In this document: positions 34,359 to 41,861 of the stretch, piece after piece
Layout: every line of letters starts with the position of its first letter
Numbering within the stretch: position 1 is the first letter of the stretch
Assembly: GCA_964526065.1 (NCBI GenBank)
Contig: CAZGID010000002.1
Span: 1 to 41,861 of the forward strand
Direction of reading: 5' to 3'
Origin: an uncultured bacterium
GTDB lineage: Bacteria; Omnitrophota; Omnitrophia; Omnitrophales; Aquincolibacteriaceae
Length of the DNA stretch: 41,861 nucleotides
Translations under genes and position numbers: made by a program
The notes under the pieces: generated by a model
Database searches by the model: none
What the model saw: the letters and a program-made list of their open reading frames with translations, nothing else
Told to the model about the DNA's origin: nothing

Positions 34359-35221
34359 ACCGCTTTCGATTCCGTCAGTTGATTCAGGGATTGCATCGCC
34401 GCCTGCCGGACTTTGAGGCTCGGATCCTCGCCGGCAAGTTGACGAATCAGAGGGACAGCATCTTTACGTCCAAGAAGCGCGATTCCTTTAACCGCGCTGG
34501 TCATAATTTCTTCCTTTTGTTCTTCGGTCAGACCGCCTGAAGCATCCAGCGAAATGCGGTCGATCATTTGCAGTAATTCTTCATACCCTTCCGGCCTTCC
34601 CAGACGCGCTAGCGACAACGCTGCATTCCAGCGCACATCCTGATGCCGGTCATCCAGTAAAGCAATCAACGCGTCCGCGCTTGCATCCGATCCGACCGCC
34701 CCCAGCACATAGGCGGCCATTTTACGGATATGAGGATCTTCACTTTTGAGAAAATCGCGAATCTGGGCTTCGGCTGCCCGGGCTTCCTTGACGCCCAGCG
34801 CCCATAGCAAAAAGAGCTGCACATCAATATCTTTTTCCTGACTCAAAGCATTCTGCAGCGCCGGGATCACTTCGGGTTCATCAAATCGGCTGAGCGCTAC
34901 AGCCATATAAGAACGGGTTTTCGGATCGTATTCGGACCGGCTGGTCAGAATATGAATCACTTCTTTCATCACGCCGGAAGAACGAAGCAATCCTCGCCCC
35001 TGATTCAGCTCATTGGAAAGCTCATAGGCCTTTTGCCAGCGCTTGCTCGGTGTTCCGGTTTTGATTGCTGTGATGAGCGATTCGGGAGTTTCAGCTTCGC
35101 GGGTGAGCAGGACGACAGTACATAAGAGAATAGCCATCCCGACCGCGATAAGCAGCGGGAAAAGGAAGAGGCCATAAAATAATTTACGGCCGGATTCTTT
35201 CTGCTCGATGGTTCCAGTCAT
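34355..35221 (-). CDS. Membrane-anchored HEAT-repeat protein
   Basis: One N-terminal TM helix followed by repeated about 30-aa helical units (...DPHIRKMAAYVLGAVG..., ...HQDVRWNAALSLARLG..., ...SLKVRQAAMQSL...). Confidence 0.7.
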   Translation of the reverse strand: MTGTIEQKESGRKLFYGLFLFPLLIAVGMAILLCTVVLLTREAETPESLITAIKTGTPSKRWQKAYELSNELNQGRGLLRSSGVMKEVIHILTSRSEYDPKTRSYMAVALSRFDEPEVIPALQNALSQEKDIDVQLFLLWALGVKEARAAEAQIRDFLKSEDPHIRKMAAYVLGAVGSDASADALIALLDDRHQDVRWNAALSLARLGRPEGYEELLQMIDRISLDASGGLTEEQKEEIMTSAVKGIALLGRKDAVPLIRQLAGEDPSLKVRQAAMQSLNQLTESKAV

Positions 35222-35249
35222 GCTTCAATTGAGAAATTGACAACATCGG

Positions 35250-35278
35250 AATCTAACACGTTTCAGACGCCGATTCAA
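35250..35278 (-). promoter_or_regulatory. Candidate internal promoter upstream of the HEAT/Rieske/cytochrome b genes
   Basis: Minus strand TTGAAT (35278-35273), 17 nt, TAGATT (35255-35250), in the 70-nt gap after ccsA. Confidence 0.3.
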
Positions 35279-35291
35279 CAAAAGTGATCGC

Positions 35292-37004
35292 TCAGCCGGC
35301 AAAGTAGGCTTCGCTTTTTTTACGCGTATGATTTTTCCAGCCCGCCACGGCCAGCACCAGAAGATCCAGAAACACAAAGGCGAGGACATAAGGAAGACCG
35401 CCGCCGCCAAATCCATAACTGTGCAATCCCGCCGCCAACACGTAATTCACACCGTACCAGGCCATCAGCACGCCGAGAAAGGCCAGGACAATCCCCATGG
35501 AAAAGCCGAAAGGTCCCAGCCAGCCGGCATAGCGGCCATGCAAAACTAATAAATAACCGAGCAACGCGATCAAAGCCCAAGTTTCTTTCGGATCCCAGCC
35601 CCAAAAGCGCCCCCAGGAATAATTGGCCCAGACGCCCCCCAGCACGGTCCCGGAAGCCAGCAGCACAACACCAATCTGGACCGACCGGTAAAGGTAGAGC
35701 ACCAGCCGGTCCTGCATCTCGCGGCCGGCGGTGCCGGACGCAATGGCAAACACGGCCCCATGCCCCAGCCCCCAGGCCAGTGCAAAGGCGCCATAGCTGA
35801 GGGTGATAGTCAGCACATGGACCGTCAGCCACAAATTACTGCGGAGCACCGGAACAAGCGGTGTGATGAAAGGATCCAGAAGCGCCGGAAAGCTCTGCGC
35901 CACAATCAGCGCAAAGGAAGCCACAATGCCGGCCGCCAGCCGCAGGCCCGCGGTCCGGTAGAAAAAGGAAAGAATCAAGGCGAAGAGCACAATGGCCCAT
36001 GAAACCCAGATCACGGATTCATACATATTGGAAACAGGCGGGCGTCCGGCAATCATGGAACGCAAATAGAATCCGTAGGTGTGCAGCGCAAAGCCGCCCG
36101 CAAAAAACAACCAGGCCAGAAGGTTGACGCCCCATGAGATTTTTCTAAAACGTGAAACCGGCCCCATCAGGAGCAATAAAAAAACAGCGGCGGCATACAG
36201 AGGCCAGGCCCGGGCGAAAGGCTGAAGATGGTTGTAACGGCTTTCGAGTTCGAGCACGTCGCGGTTCAGCGCGATGCCGCGGGAAAGAAAGAGATTCTCG
36301 AGAGCCGCGCGAAAAGCGAGCGCATCGTCGAGGCTTTCCGGCGAGTCAAACCCTTGGCCAAGCGTAACAAAGAGCTCGCTTAAAGTTTCGCGCAGGTGCT
36401 CCGCGTCCGCCTTGGAAAAAAAAGCCGCCAGCATGGCGCCGCCTTCCGGACGCGCCAGTTGCGCCAGCGAAAGCCAGGGAGCAACCGGATTATCCGGATG
36501 AGCAACCCAGCCGGGCAATTCGCCGCGGCCGATCGCCTGGAACAGAAGCGCCCGCTCATAAATTTCGAGTCGCTTTTCATCTTCGCGGCTCAAATCCTGT
36601 TTTGCTTCGCGGCGCGCATGGGCCGCTTGAACCTTTTCAATAAACGGCGCATGCTGCAATACAATCTGCGGAGAAACGCGGCCGCGTACACTCATCCGCC
36701 CAAGATCTGCGGCCAGCGCCGGATGGTCCGCCCGCAGCAACGGCGCATCATTCCATTTCTCCGGCTCCACCATCCACTTCCAGATCGTCACGACCGGAGA
36801 GCTGCCTTCAAAACGGATTTTTCCGGTCACCGACATAACGGCTTCGCGCGCAAATGTCTCGAACGGTTTAACCCGCCCGTTGTGCTGCACGGGGATATCC
36901 GCCAGAACGGCCATCGCATTTTCCGGCTCTGCCGCGCGACCGGAAACGGGGACCAACCCCAGAAACAATAAAATCAGACCGGCGCTTTTCAAAATAATCC
37001 TCAT
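35292..37004 (-). CDS. ccsA: System II cytochrome c biogenesis protein CcsA/ResC
   Basis: WWD-type heme-handling motif WGRFWGWDPKETW, a multi-TM C-terminal half, and a signal peptide plus long periplasmic N-terminal domain. Confidence 0.88.
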   Translation of the reverse strand: MRIILKSAGLILLFLGLVPVSGRAAEPENAMAVLADIPVQHNGRVKPFETFAREAVMSVTGKIRFEGSSPVVTIWKWMVEPEKWNDAPLLRADHPALAADLGRMSVRGRVSPQIVLQHAPFIEKVQAAHARREAKQDLSREDEKRLEIYERALLFQAIGRGELPGWVAHPDNPVAPWLSLAQLARPEGGAMLAAFFSKADAEHLRETLSELFVTLGQGFDSPESLDDALAFRAALENLFLSRGIALNRDVLELESRYNHLQPFARAWPLYAAAVFLLLLMGPVSRFRKISWGVNLLAWLFFAGGFALHTYGFYLRSMIAGRPPVSNMYESVIWVSWAIVLFALILSFFYRTAGLRLAAGIVASFALIVAQSFPALLDPFITPLVPVLRSNLWLTVHVLTITLSYGAFALAWGLGHGAVFAIASGTAGREMQDRLVLYLYRSVQIGVVLLASGTVLGGVWANYSWGRFWGWDPKETWALIALLGYLLVLHGRYAGWLGPFGFSMGIVLAFLGVLMAWYGVNYVLAAGLHSYGFGGGGLPYVLAFVFLDLLVLAVAGWKNHTRKKSEAYFAG

Positions 37005-38809
37005 AATTCCTCTCCTGTTTCTTCTCCCTTTTTACGAAACCGCAGCCGCCCCTTCGAAAACATAAAAATAATCCCTCCGACCATCACGATCGTGCCGCTG
37101 TATTTCAAGAAAATACCGGGATCGCGAACCACCGAAAAAATTGAAATATCCGGCTGTCCCGGTTCCTGAATATAGCTGGCTTGAAAGACGCGGAAGTTAT
37201 TGTAATCCAGCGGCTCATTCATCGAAACCGTCGTTTTTTTCTCGATGCCCCGGAAGCCGTCCCGCAACAGGACATCACTTTCATAGGAAGCCGGCCGGTT
37301 CGTGCCCGGATAATGTTCGACACGAAAATCAACGAGCTGCAGCTGAAACCCCGCCGGAATGCGCCGCTCCGCGAAAAAGAAATGATATTTTTTCCCTCCA
37401 ATCTCAATCGCTTCGGCAAATCCCTGGGGCAGCCAGATCCGCCTTCCCGTTTCCGGAATCTCAATTTCAATCGCACGAAACACACCAGCTGCCTCACTTG
37501 TGGCGGGGACGGCTTCGAAACTTTTTTCCACGCGGGCATGCGGCATGAACGCCTTGAGCGAAAGCGATAAATCCATCCACCCGGTCGAAACCGGATCCCC
37601 TTCCTGAAGCGCGCCTTCCTGAATGCCTTCGCGGTTACGGATCTGATAAAAGAGTTTTCCTTCTTCCTCGATCAGCCGCAGTTCCCGCGCCTCTTCCGCC
37701 GCCGGATCTTCATGGCGGTAAAAAAGGCGCAGCCCAAACGCGCTGGGCTGCATTCCATGCATCGTAGGAAAATCAGGAAATCGGGCAAAGACCGTATGCT
37801 TTTCTTCACGGCCGTTCCCTTGAATTTTCAGGACAGCGGCCGGATTCTCCCACGCCTCCGGCGGCGTATCTTTTTCCTGAATTTCACGGCCGGCGATTAC
37901 GGCATTACGGTAAATCGCGGTCACCGCCCCTTCAAGACCGGTGTCGCCGATTTTAAATTCAAATGGCAGGCTCATGGATTCGGAAAGCGGAATGCGTTCC
38001 TGTTTCCCGTCCGCCATCACAAATTCGAGATACCCGGCAGGCGAGGCTTTTTCTGTTTGTGTCTTGAGCCGTTCGTCCCGGAAAGAAATGGACGCCGGTC
38101 CCAGCTGCGTGCTGCCGCGCGCCGGATCGTTTTCCATCAGCCAGAGCGTTTGATTTACAAACGAGTTTTGAAGCGTAATCTGCACCGCCGCCGGTCCGGA
38201 CTCCGCCGGCACCAGGCTCTCTTCCAGCCGGCCTTTCGGTAAATACTGCCGCAGCATGACTTCAAAGGGAATTCCGCCTTCATCGGGATGGAGCCGCTTT
38301 GTCCCCTGCCACGGAAATGCCTTGCGCTGAATCGCAAAACCCCATGGCTGCATCCGGTTTTCCGGATAAACATAAAGGTAAGGTTCCTGCGGCAGTGAAA
38401 TGCGGTATTCGCTTTTTCCTTCTTCAATGGCCATCTGGCCGTCGATCATGAAATTTTGAGTGATGTAAGACCCGATCAAAATGATGATGATGCCGGCATG
38501 CGTCGTCACAAAACCAATGTGCTTTTTCTTCCACGGCCAACGAGTCAATGCCGAAGCCGTCAGGTTCAACACCAGCAGAAAACCGAGCAAGGGAAACCAG
38601 GGCGCCTGGTAAACCAGAATGGCCGCCGCCTCGGTTCCATGAAAAGATTCGACAAAAGTTCCGGTCGCAAATACCACAATCAAAGCAGCCAGAATCAGCA
38701 GGGCCAGACGAAGGGAGGCAAAAAACAGAAATACGGCCACCGCGGCCCGCCACAAAGCGGCGCGAATTCCTCCCCGGGATTCTGTGGACTCCAGAGTTTC
38801 AAACGGCAT
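37001..38809 (-). CDS. System II cytochrome c biogenesis protein ResB/CcsB
   Basis: N-terminal TM helices, a large periplasmic domain and a C-terminal ...NNFRVFQASYIQEPG... block with a final TM helix. 4-nt overlap with ccsA. Confidence 0.85.
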   Translation of the reverse strand: MPFETLESTESRGGIRAALWRAAVAVFLFFASLRLALLILAALIVVFATGTFVESFHGTEAAAILVYQAPWFPLLGFLLVLNLTASALTRWPWKKKHIGFVTTHAGIIIILIGSYITQNFMIDGQMAIEEGKSEYRISLPQEPYLYVYPENRMQPWGFAIQRKAFPWQGTKRLHPDEGGIPFEVMLRQYLPKGRLEESLVPAESGPAAVQITLQNSFVNQTLWLMENDPARGSTQLGPASISFRDERLKTQTEKASPAGYLEFVMADGKQERIPLSESMSLPFEFKIGDTGLEGAVTAIYRNAVIAGREIQEKDTPPEAWENPAAVLKIQGNGREEKHTVFARFPDFPTMHGMQPSAFGLRLFYRHEDPAAEEARELRLIEEEGKLFYQIRNREGIQEGALQEGDPVSTGWMDLSLSLKAFMPHARVEKSFEAVPATSEAAGVFRAIEIEIPETGRRIWLPQGFAEAIEIGGKKYHFFFAERRIPAGFQLQLVDFRVEHYPGTNRPASYESDVLLRDGFRGIEKKTTVSMNEPLDYNNFRVFQASYIQEPGQPDISIFSVVRDPGIFLKYSGTIVMVGGIIFMFSKGRLRFRKKGEETGEEL

Positions 38810-38830
38810 AACGGACTTCCTATATATAGG

Positions 38831-39187
38831 TTAATGTTGAAAAAACAGCTTCAATGAAACCAGCATCAAAAAAACCGCAAACGCCCGCCGCAGCACCCCC
38901 ACCGGCAGCCGCAGTGACAGCTCGGACCCTAGCCAGGCGCCGACCATGGCAAACACCGCTATAAGCAAAACCGTTTTCCACGCCACCATACCGGACCCGG
39001 AATGCCGCAGCGTTGCCGCAATCGCCGTGGGCACCACCACGGCAATTGAAGTTCCGATGGCCAGATGCGCATCAAAATGACGCCACAAAATCAGCAGCGG
39101 AACAAAAATAGTGCCGCCACCAATGCCAAAGAGCCCGGAGGACAATCCGCCCAGCAATCCGATCACGGCCAAAAGCAGAAGTTCCAT
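38831..39187 (-). CDS. TauE/SafE (DUF81) family membrane protein, half-length
   Basis: GLLGGLSSGLFGIGGGTIFVPLL...AIGTS is the N-terminal repeat signature of the family. Only 118 aa and four helices. Confidence 0.75.
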   Translation of the reverse strand: MELLLLAVIGLLGGLSSGLFGIGGGTIFVPLLILWRHFDAHLAIGTSIAVVVPTAIAATLRHSGSGMVAWKTVLLIAVFAMVGAWLGSELSLRLPVGVLRRAFAVFLMLVSLKLFFQH

Positions 39188-39188
39188 A

Positions 39189-39602
39189 TCAGTACCCCGC
39201 CTCGTTCAAGGCCCGGTTAACGAGCTTGTCGACATAACGGATTTTTTCGTGGGTTCTCGGTACATGCGTAAAGGAAACTTTGGTAAATGATTTTTCCCGG
39301 TCCCGCACTTCGACCACCAGATCCCGGATATGCGGCGTCTTGATCCGGTATACGCCGGCCAGTTGATGCGCCACCAGCTGGCTGTCGAGATAGGCATCCA
39401 CTTCCGAAGCGCCCAGTTCGCGCGCCATTTCCAAGCCCCGGATGACACCCGTGTATTCGGCGACATTGTTAGTGGTTTCACCGATGACTTCACGATGATC
39501 CCGAAGCTTGTTACCGTCTGAATCACAGAGCAGAATGCCCACCGCCGCCGGCCCGGGATTGCCGCGGGCGCCTCCATCCGAAAATAAAAGAATTTTTTTC
39601 AT
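39189..39602 (-). CDS. Ribonuclease HI family protein (short archaeal/RVT_3-like type)
   Basis: LFSDGGARGNPGPAAVG...TNNVAEY...YLDSQLV...YVDKLVN, the DEDD catalytic pattern. The stop lies 1 nt before the TauE ATG. Confidence 0.85.
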   Translation of the reverse strand: MKKILLFSDGGARGNPGPAAVGILLCDSDGNKLRDHREVIGETTNNVAEYTGVIRGLEMARELGASEVDAYLDSQLVAHQLAGVYRIKTPHIRDLVVEVRDREKSFTKVSFTHVPRTHEKIRYVDKLVNRALNEAGY

Positions 39603-39608
39603 GCGGCA

Positions 39609-39637
39609 AGTCTAGGAGGGCTGTTCGGGAGTGTCAA
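39609..39637 (-). promoter_or_regulatory. Candidate sigma70-type promoter giving a leaderless RNase HI operon mRNA
   Basis: Minus strand TTGACA (39637-39632), exactly 17 nt, TAGACT (39614-39609), 6 nt (TGCCGC), then the ATG at 39602. No SD. Confidence 0.4.
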
Positions 39638-39661
39638 TAAAAAGAAGGTCTGAAGAAGGGA

Positions 39662-39689
39662 CGCGGGCGGAGCTTCGGCTCCGCCCGCG
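39662..39689 (-). terminator. Stable hairpin, probable terminator of the small-ORF transcript
   Basis: Perfect 12-bp stem CGCGGGCGGAGC / GCTCCGCCCGCG with a tetraloop (CGAA on the minus strand). The downstream minus-strand tail is pyrimidine-rich (TCCCTTCTTCAGACCTTCTTTTT) but not a clean U run. A second 6-bp hairpin lies at 39708-39724. Confidence 0.55.
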
Positions 39690-39729
39690 GTTCACAACGG
39701 TCTAGCGCCGGACCACGGCGCCGACTTGT

Positions 39730-39876
39730 TTAGCCCCGTGCCGTTACATACCGCAGCAGGTACAGAATACCGAGTACCAAAAATATCGGCATGAACGCAT
39801 GGAGCGACGTTCCATAATGCAGGCCGACCGTGATCCCGATAAACAAGCCTGCTAACAGATGGTCGTCGAACTTCAT
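39730..39876 (-). CDS. Small (48 aa) hydrophobic protein, missing from the ORF track
   Basis: GGGAGGTG, 8-nt spacing from GGAGG, then ATG. MKFDDHLLAGLFIGITVGLHYGTSLHAFMPIFLVLGILYLLRYVTARG. Paralogous to the next small ORF. Confidence 0.5.
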   Translation of the reverse strand: MKFDDHLLAGLFIGITVGLHYGTSLHAFMPIFLVLGILYLLRYVTARG

Positions 39877-39957
39877 GGTCATCACCTCCCTTTTCCATTC
39901 ATCAAGGCTCTGCTGAAATACGCCGGTGCTCCTTGGACCGGCTTCAGAACTTCCAGC

Positions 39958-40098
39958 TCACTGACGAATGGTTTTGAGCAGAAAAATCAAAGTCGCAACG
40001 GTCAGAATCGGAAGATACACGATCAGGGCATCGTGATAATGCAGCCCGAGAATCGCGCCTACCAGGATCCCCGTTACCATTCTCATGTCGATAGCCAT
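39958..40098 (-). CDS. Small (46 aa) hydrophobic protein, missing from the ORF track
   Basis: GGGAGGTG, 8-nt spacing from GGAGG, then ATG. MAIDMRMVTGILVGAILGLHYHDALIVYLPILTVATLIFLLKTIRQ. Shares the G-x-hydrophobic-x-G-LHY core and the second helix with the ORF at 39730-39876. Confidence 0.5.
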   Translation of the reverse strand: MAIDMRMVTGILVGAILGLHYHDALIVYLPILTVATLIFLLKTIRQ

Positions 40099-40333
40099 CC
40101 CCCGCACCTCCCTTCTTTAATAAAAAAAGCGCATCCTTTCAGTTCCAGCATCACGCGTTACCACTTCCTTAATAAGAAATAAGAAACCGTATTGTGCGTG
40201 TACTGTCTATCTGAAAAGTTGCGCTTTCTCTAACTACCCTAATGTCAACAGGATAGGGTTACTATCCCATAGACTCTTTAACCGTAGCACATGAAATAGA
40301 CGGCGTCAAAGAATGGAAAGCAAACATTCGCGG

Positions 40334-40356
40334 AACCCTTTTAAAATAAAAGGGTT
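40334..40356 (-). terminator. Weak hairpin after cysE
   Basis: AACCCTTTT, 5-nt loop, AAAAGGGTT, 8 nt downstream of the cysE stop. AU-rich stem and no clear U tail. Confidence 0.3.
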
Positions 40357-40364
40357 AGAGAAAC

Positions 40365-41039
40365 TTATTTTTCCGGATCGCGGGCGCGGTCCGGAAGGAG
40401 TTTTTCAAGCTGCTGAATTTCACGCTGGAGCTGCCGGATACGGTTTTTGAGCTCCCGGACCGGGTCCGGCAAATCCCCGTGATCCAGCGCAATCGCATGC
40501 CCCCGACCGGGTCCCTTGCGGACAATCTCGGCCGGAACCCCCACGACGGTACACTGGTCCGGCACGGAGTGAATGACGACAGAGCCGGCCCCCACTTTCA
40601 CATTATCGCCCAGTCGGATATTCCCGAGCACCTTGGCTCCGGCTCCCACCACGACATGCTTGCCGAGCGTCGGGTGACGCTTGCCGCGCTCCGTTCCCGT
40701 ACCGCCAAGGGTGACACCCTGGTACAGGGTGCAGCATTCTCCGATTTCCGTCGTCTCCCCAATCACCACACCCATCCCGTGATCGATGAAAAACCCTGGT
40801 GCGATACGGGCCCCGGGATGAATTTCAACCCCGGTCAGAAAGCGCGCCAGTTGAGAAAGGAAACGCGGAATGAAAGGAATGTGAAGCCGGTGCAGCAAAT
40901 GGGCAATGCGGTAAAACACCACGGCATGAAAACCGGAATAAAGAAAGAAGACTTCCAGAAAACCCAGCGGAGATCGGGCGGCCGGATCCCTTTCAAAACA
41001 AGCCTTAAAATCGCGGTAGATGCCGTAGAGAGGATTCAT
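40365..41039 (-). CDS. cysE: Serine O-acetyltransferase
   Basis: Hexapeptide-repeat region IHPGARIAPGFFIDHGMGVVIGETTEIGECCTLYQGVTLGGTG...KRHPTLGKHVVVGAGAKVLGNIRLGDNVKVGAGSVV, typical of CysE. Confidence 0.9.
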   Translation of the reverse strand: MNPLYGIYRDFKACFERDPAARSPLGFLEVFFLYSGFHAVVFYRIAHLLHRLHIPFIPRFLSQLARFLTGVEIHPGARIAPGFFIDHGMGVVIGETTEIGECCTLYQGVTLGGTGTERGKRHPTLGKHVVVGAGAKVLGNIRLGDNVKVGAGSVVIHSVPDQCTVVGVPAEIVRKGPGRGHAIALDHGDLPDPVRELKNRIRQLQREIQQLEKLLPDRARDPEK

Positions 41040-41135
41040 AAGCCTCGATTATTCCATGGGCTTACGCGAGCGTCAAGCTCGCGAAGCCAGTGCCCAAACA
41101 GCCTGGAATCCGAAAGAAAGAGGATTTTGCCCGTC

Positions 41136-41861
41136 TTAGGCACTGGCGGCAAACAGGCGGTCCACGATGGCGGCGAACGCAAAATCAAGCGCCGTACGCG
41201 GCACTTCGAGATGCGTTCCATTATAAACAATCACACGCTCAGAAAAAGCCCGGGGAATTTCCCGCAGCAACGCGGGTGTCACCGCCGTCCGCTCCCGCGC
41301 AGTAATAAAGTTCACGGCCGCAAAAACCGGAAAGCCCTGGGCGCCGGTCAGCTGGCTGTCGAGTTCGACATTCCGGCGCTGATCCTCGCGGCTGAGCAGG
41401 CCCTGCAAATCCGGCGGCAAATGATAAAAGAGCGCATTAGGAAATTGTTTCAAAAAGCCGCTGATGGCATCCCGGATCCCGAGCCGGTTTGCGGTATTCA
41501 AGGGGTGGAGCCCGCCATCGACCGGAAACTGTTCTTCGAATATTTCATAACCGGAGATTTCGGCATCGGAAGCCAGCACCCCGATATTCAATGAAACCCG
41601 GTTGCGATAGGCCGGCTGCGCCTGAAGCGCTTCCACACGCCGTGCAAACTCCATCACCCAGTTCTGAATTCTCTCATCCGTTGTAAACGGCATGATCCAG
41701 GCAAAGTGCAACTCATGCGTTTCCCGGCTGTCGAGATAATCGCGCATCCATTGCTCGAGCCGGTCATGATTGCGGACATCATTGAAATCCGAAAGCGGGT
41801 CGGCCGTCAATGTGGACAAGCCCGCCAGCAAGGCCATTTCAACGACATCCGGATGCCGGCC
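41136..41861 (-). CDS. Hypothetical protein, probably 5'-truncated by the window edge
   Basis: The ORF is open to the window end; the frame continues GRHPDVVE upstream of the first Met. No motif I can name. Coding is supported by length, host-like composition and the codon-aligned antisense shadow ORF. Confidence 0.5.
   Translation of the reverse strand, partial: GRHPDVVEMALLAGLSTLTADPLSDFNDVRNHDRLEQWMRDYLDSRETHELHFAWIMPFTTDERIQNWVMEFARRVEALQAQPAYRNRVSLNIGVLASDAEISGYEIFEEQFPVDGGLHPLNTANRLGIRDAISGFLKQFPNALFYHLPPDLQGLLSREDQRRNVELDSQLTGAQGFPVFAAVNFITARERTAVTPALLREIPRAFSERVIVYNGTHLEVPRTALDFAFAAIVDRLFAASA

Noticed and set aside
39692-40182. ORF-track entries 39692-39898 (minus, 68 aa) and 39859-40182 (plus, 107 aa)
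   Set aside because: Neither has an SD or protein-like composition, and both overlap the two SD-preceded paralogous mini-ORFs, which explain the region better.
40479-41594. 371-aa plus-strand ORF spanning cysE and the neighbouring gene
   Set aside because: It is codon-aligned antisense to two minus-strand genes and crosses their intergenic region only by chance. cysE on the opposite strand is unambiguous.
1-41861. CRISPR arrays, tRNA or rRNA genes, IS elements or transposases, toxin-antitoxin or known defence-system genes
   Set aside because: I looked through the intergenic regions and ORF products and found no spaced direct repeats, no tRNA-like T-arm or cloverleaf candidates, no transposase or integrase motifs, and no nuclease/ATPase defence signatures. 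The RNase HI is a small housekeeping-type enzyme. A tool-based scan is needed for certainty.

Overview
Hand analysis of the six-frame track plus reading of intergenic DNA. No homology search or structure prediction was possible. About 40 genes, all but two on the minus strand, in three blocks.
(1) 1-14.1 kb: a low-GC (about 40% against about 60% elsewhere) surface-glycan cluster. It encodes GT2 and GT4 glycosyltransferases, three intact class I methyltransferases, a polysaccharide pyruvyl transferase, a fused MsbA/PglK-type ABC exporter and a partial membrane protein. A fourth methyltransferase and a sulfotransferase are both broken, by a 1-nt frameshift and an in-frame TAA respectively. The cluster sits downstream of an excisionase-type HTH gene and a NusG-paralog (UpxY/RfaH/LoaP-like) gene.
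(2) 15.2-22.2 kb: housekeeping genes (pyrE, trmJ-like, a glycerophosphodiesterase, cobQ with a CWC cysteine-rich partner, pepA) and small secreted or membrane proteins.
(3) 22.3-39.6 kb: a respiratory supra-operon in two parts.
- Upstream part: RNase HI, half-size TauE, ResB, CcsA (System II cytochrome c maturation), a HEAT protein, Rieske, a split b6-type cytochrome b, an octaheme cytochrome c and a cupredoxin, ending at a strong intrinsic terminator.
- Downstream part: ctaA, ctaB, an ABC/ABC-2 transporter, DUF420, an uncharacterised membrane protein, a mini membrane protein and a 2x[4Fe-4S] ferredoxin.
The uncharacterised membrane protein has a convergent paralog on the other side of the ferredoxin.
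Most noteworthy:
- the paralog pair with a shared unrecognised C-terminal domain bracketing the ferredoxin of a heme A module that has no oxidase genes;
- three promoters of the form -35/N17/-10/N6/ATG, predicting leaderless mRNAs;
- two tandem small membrane-protein genes missing from the ORF track;
- the two inactivated glycan-decoration genes.
No CRISPR array, tRNA, rRNA, transposase or recognisable defence genes were seen. Taxon cannot be assigned from sequence alone; the gene content is only loosely reminiscent of PVC-type or other uncultured lineages.
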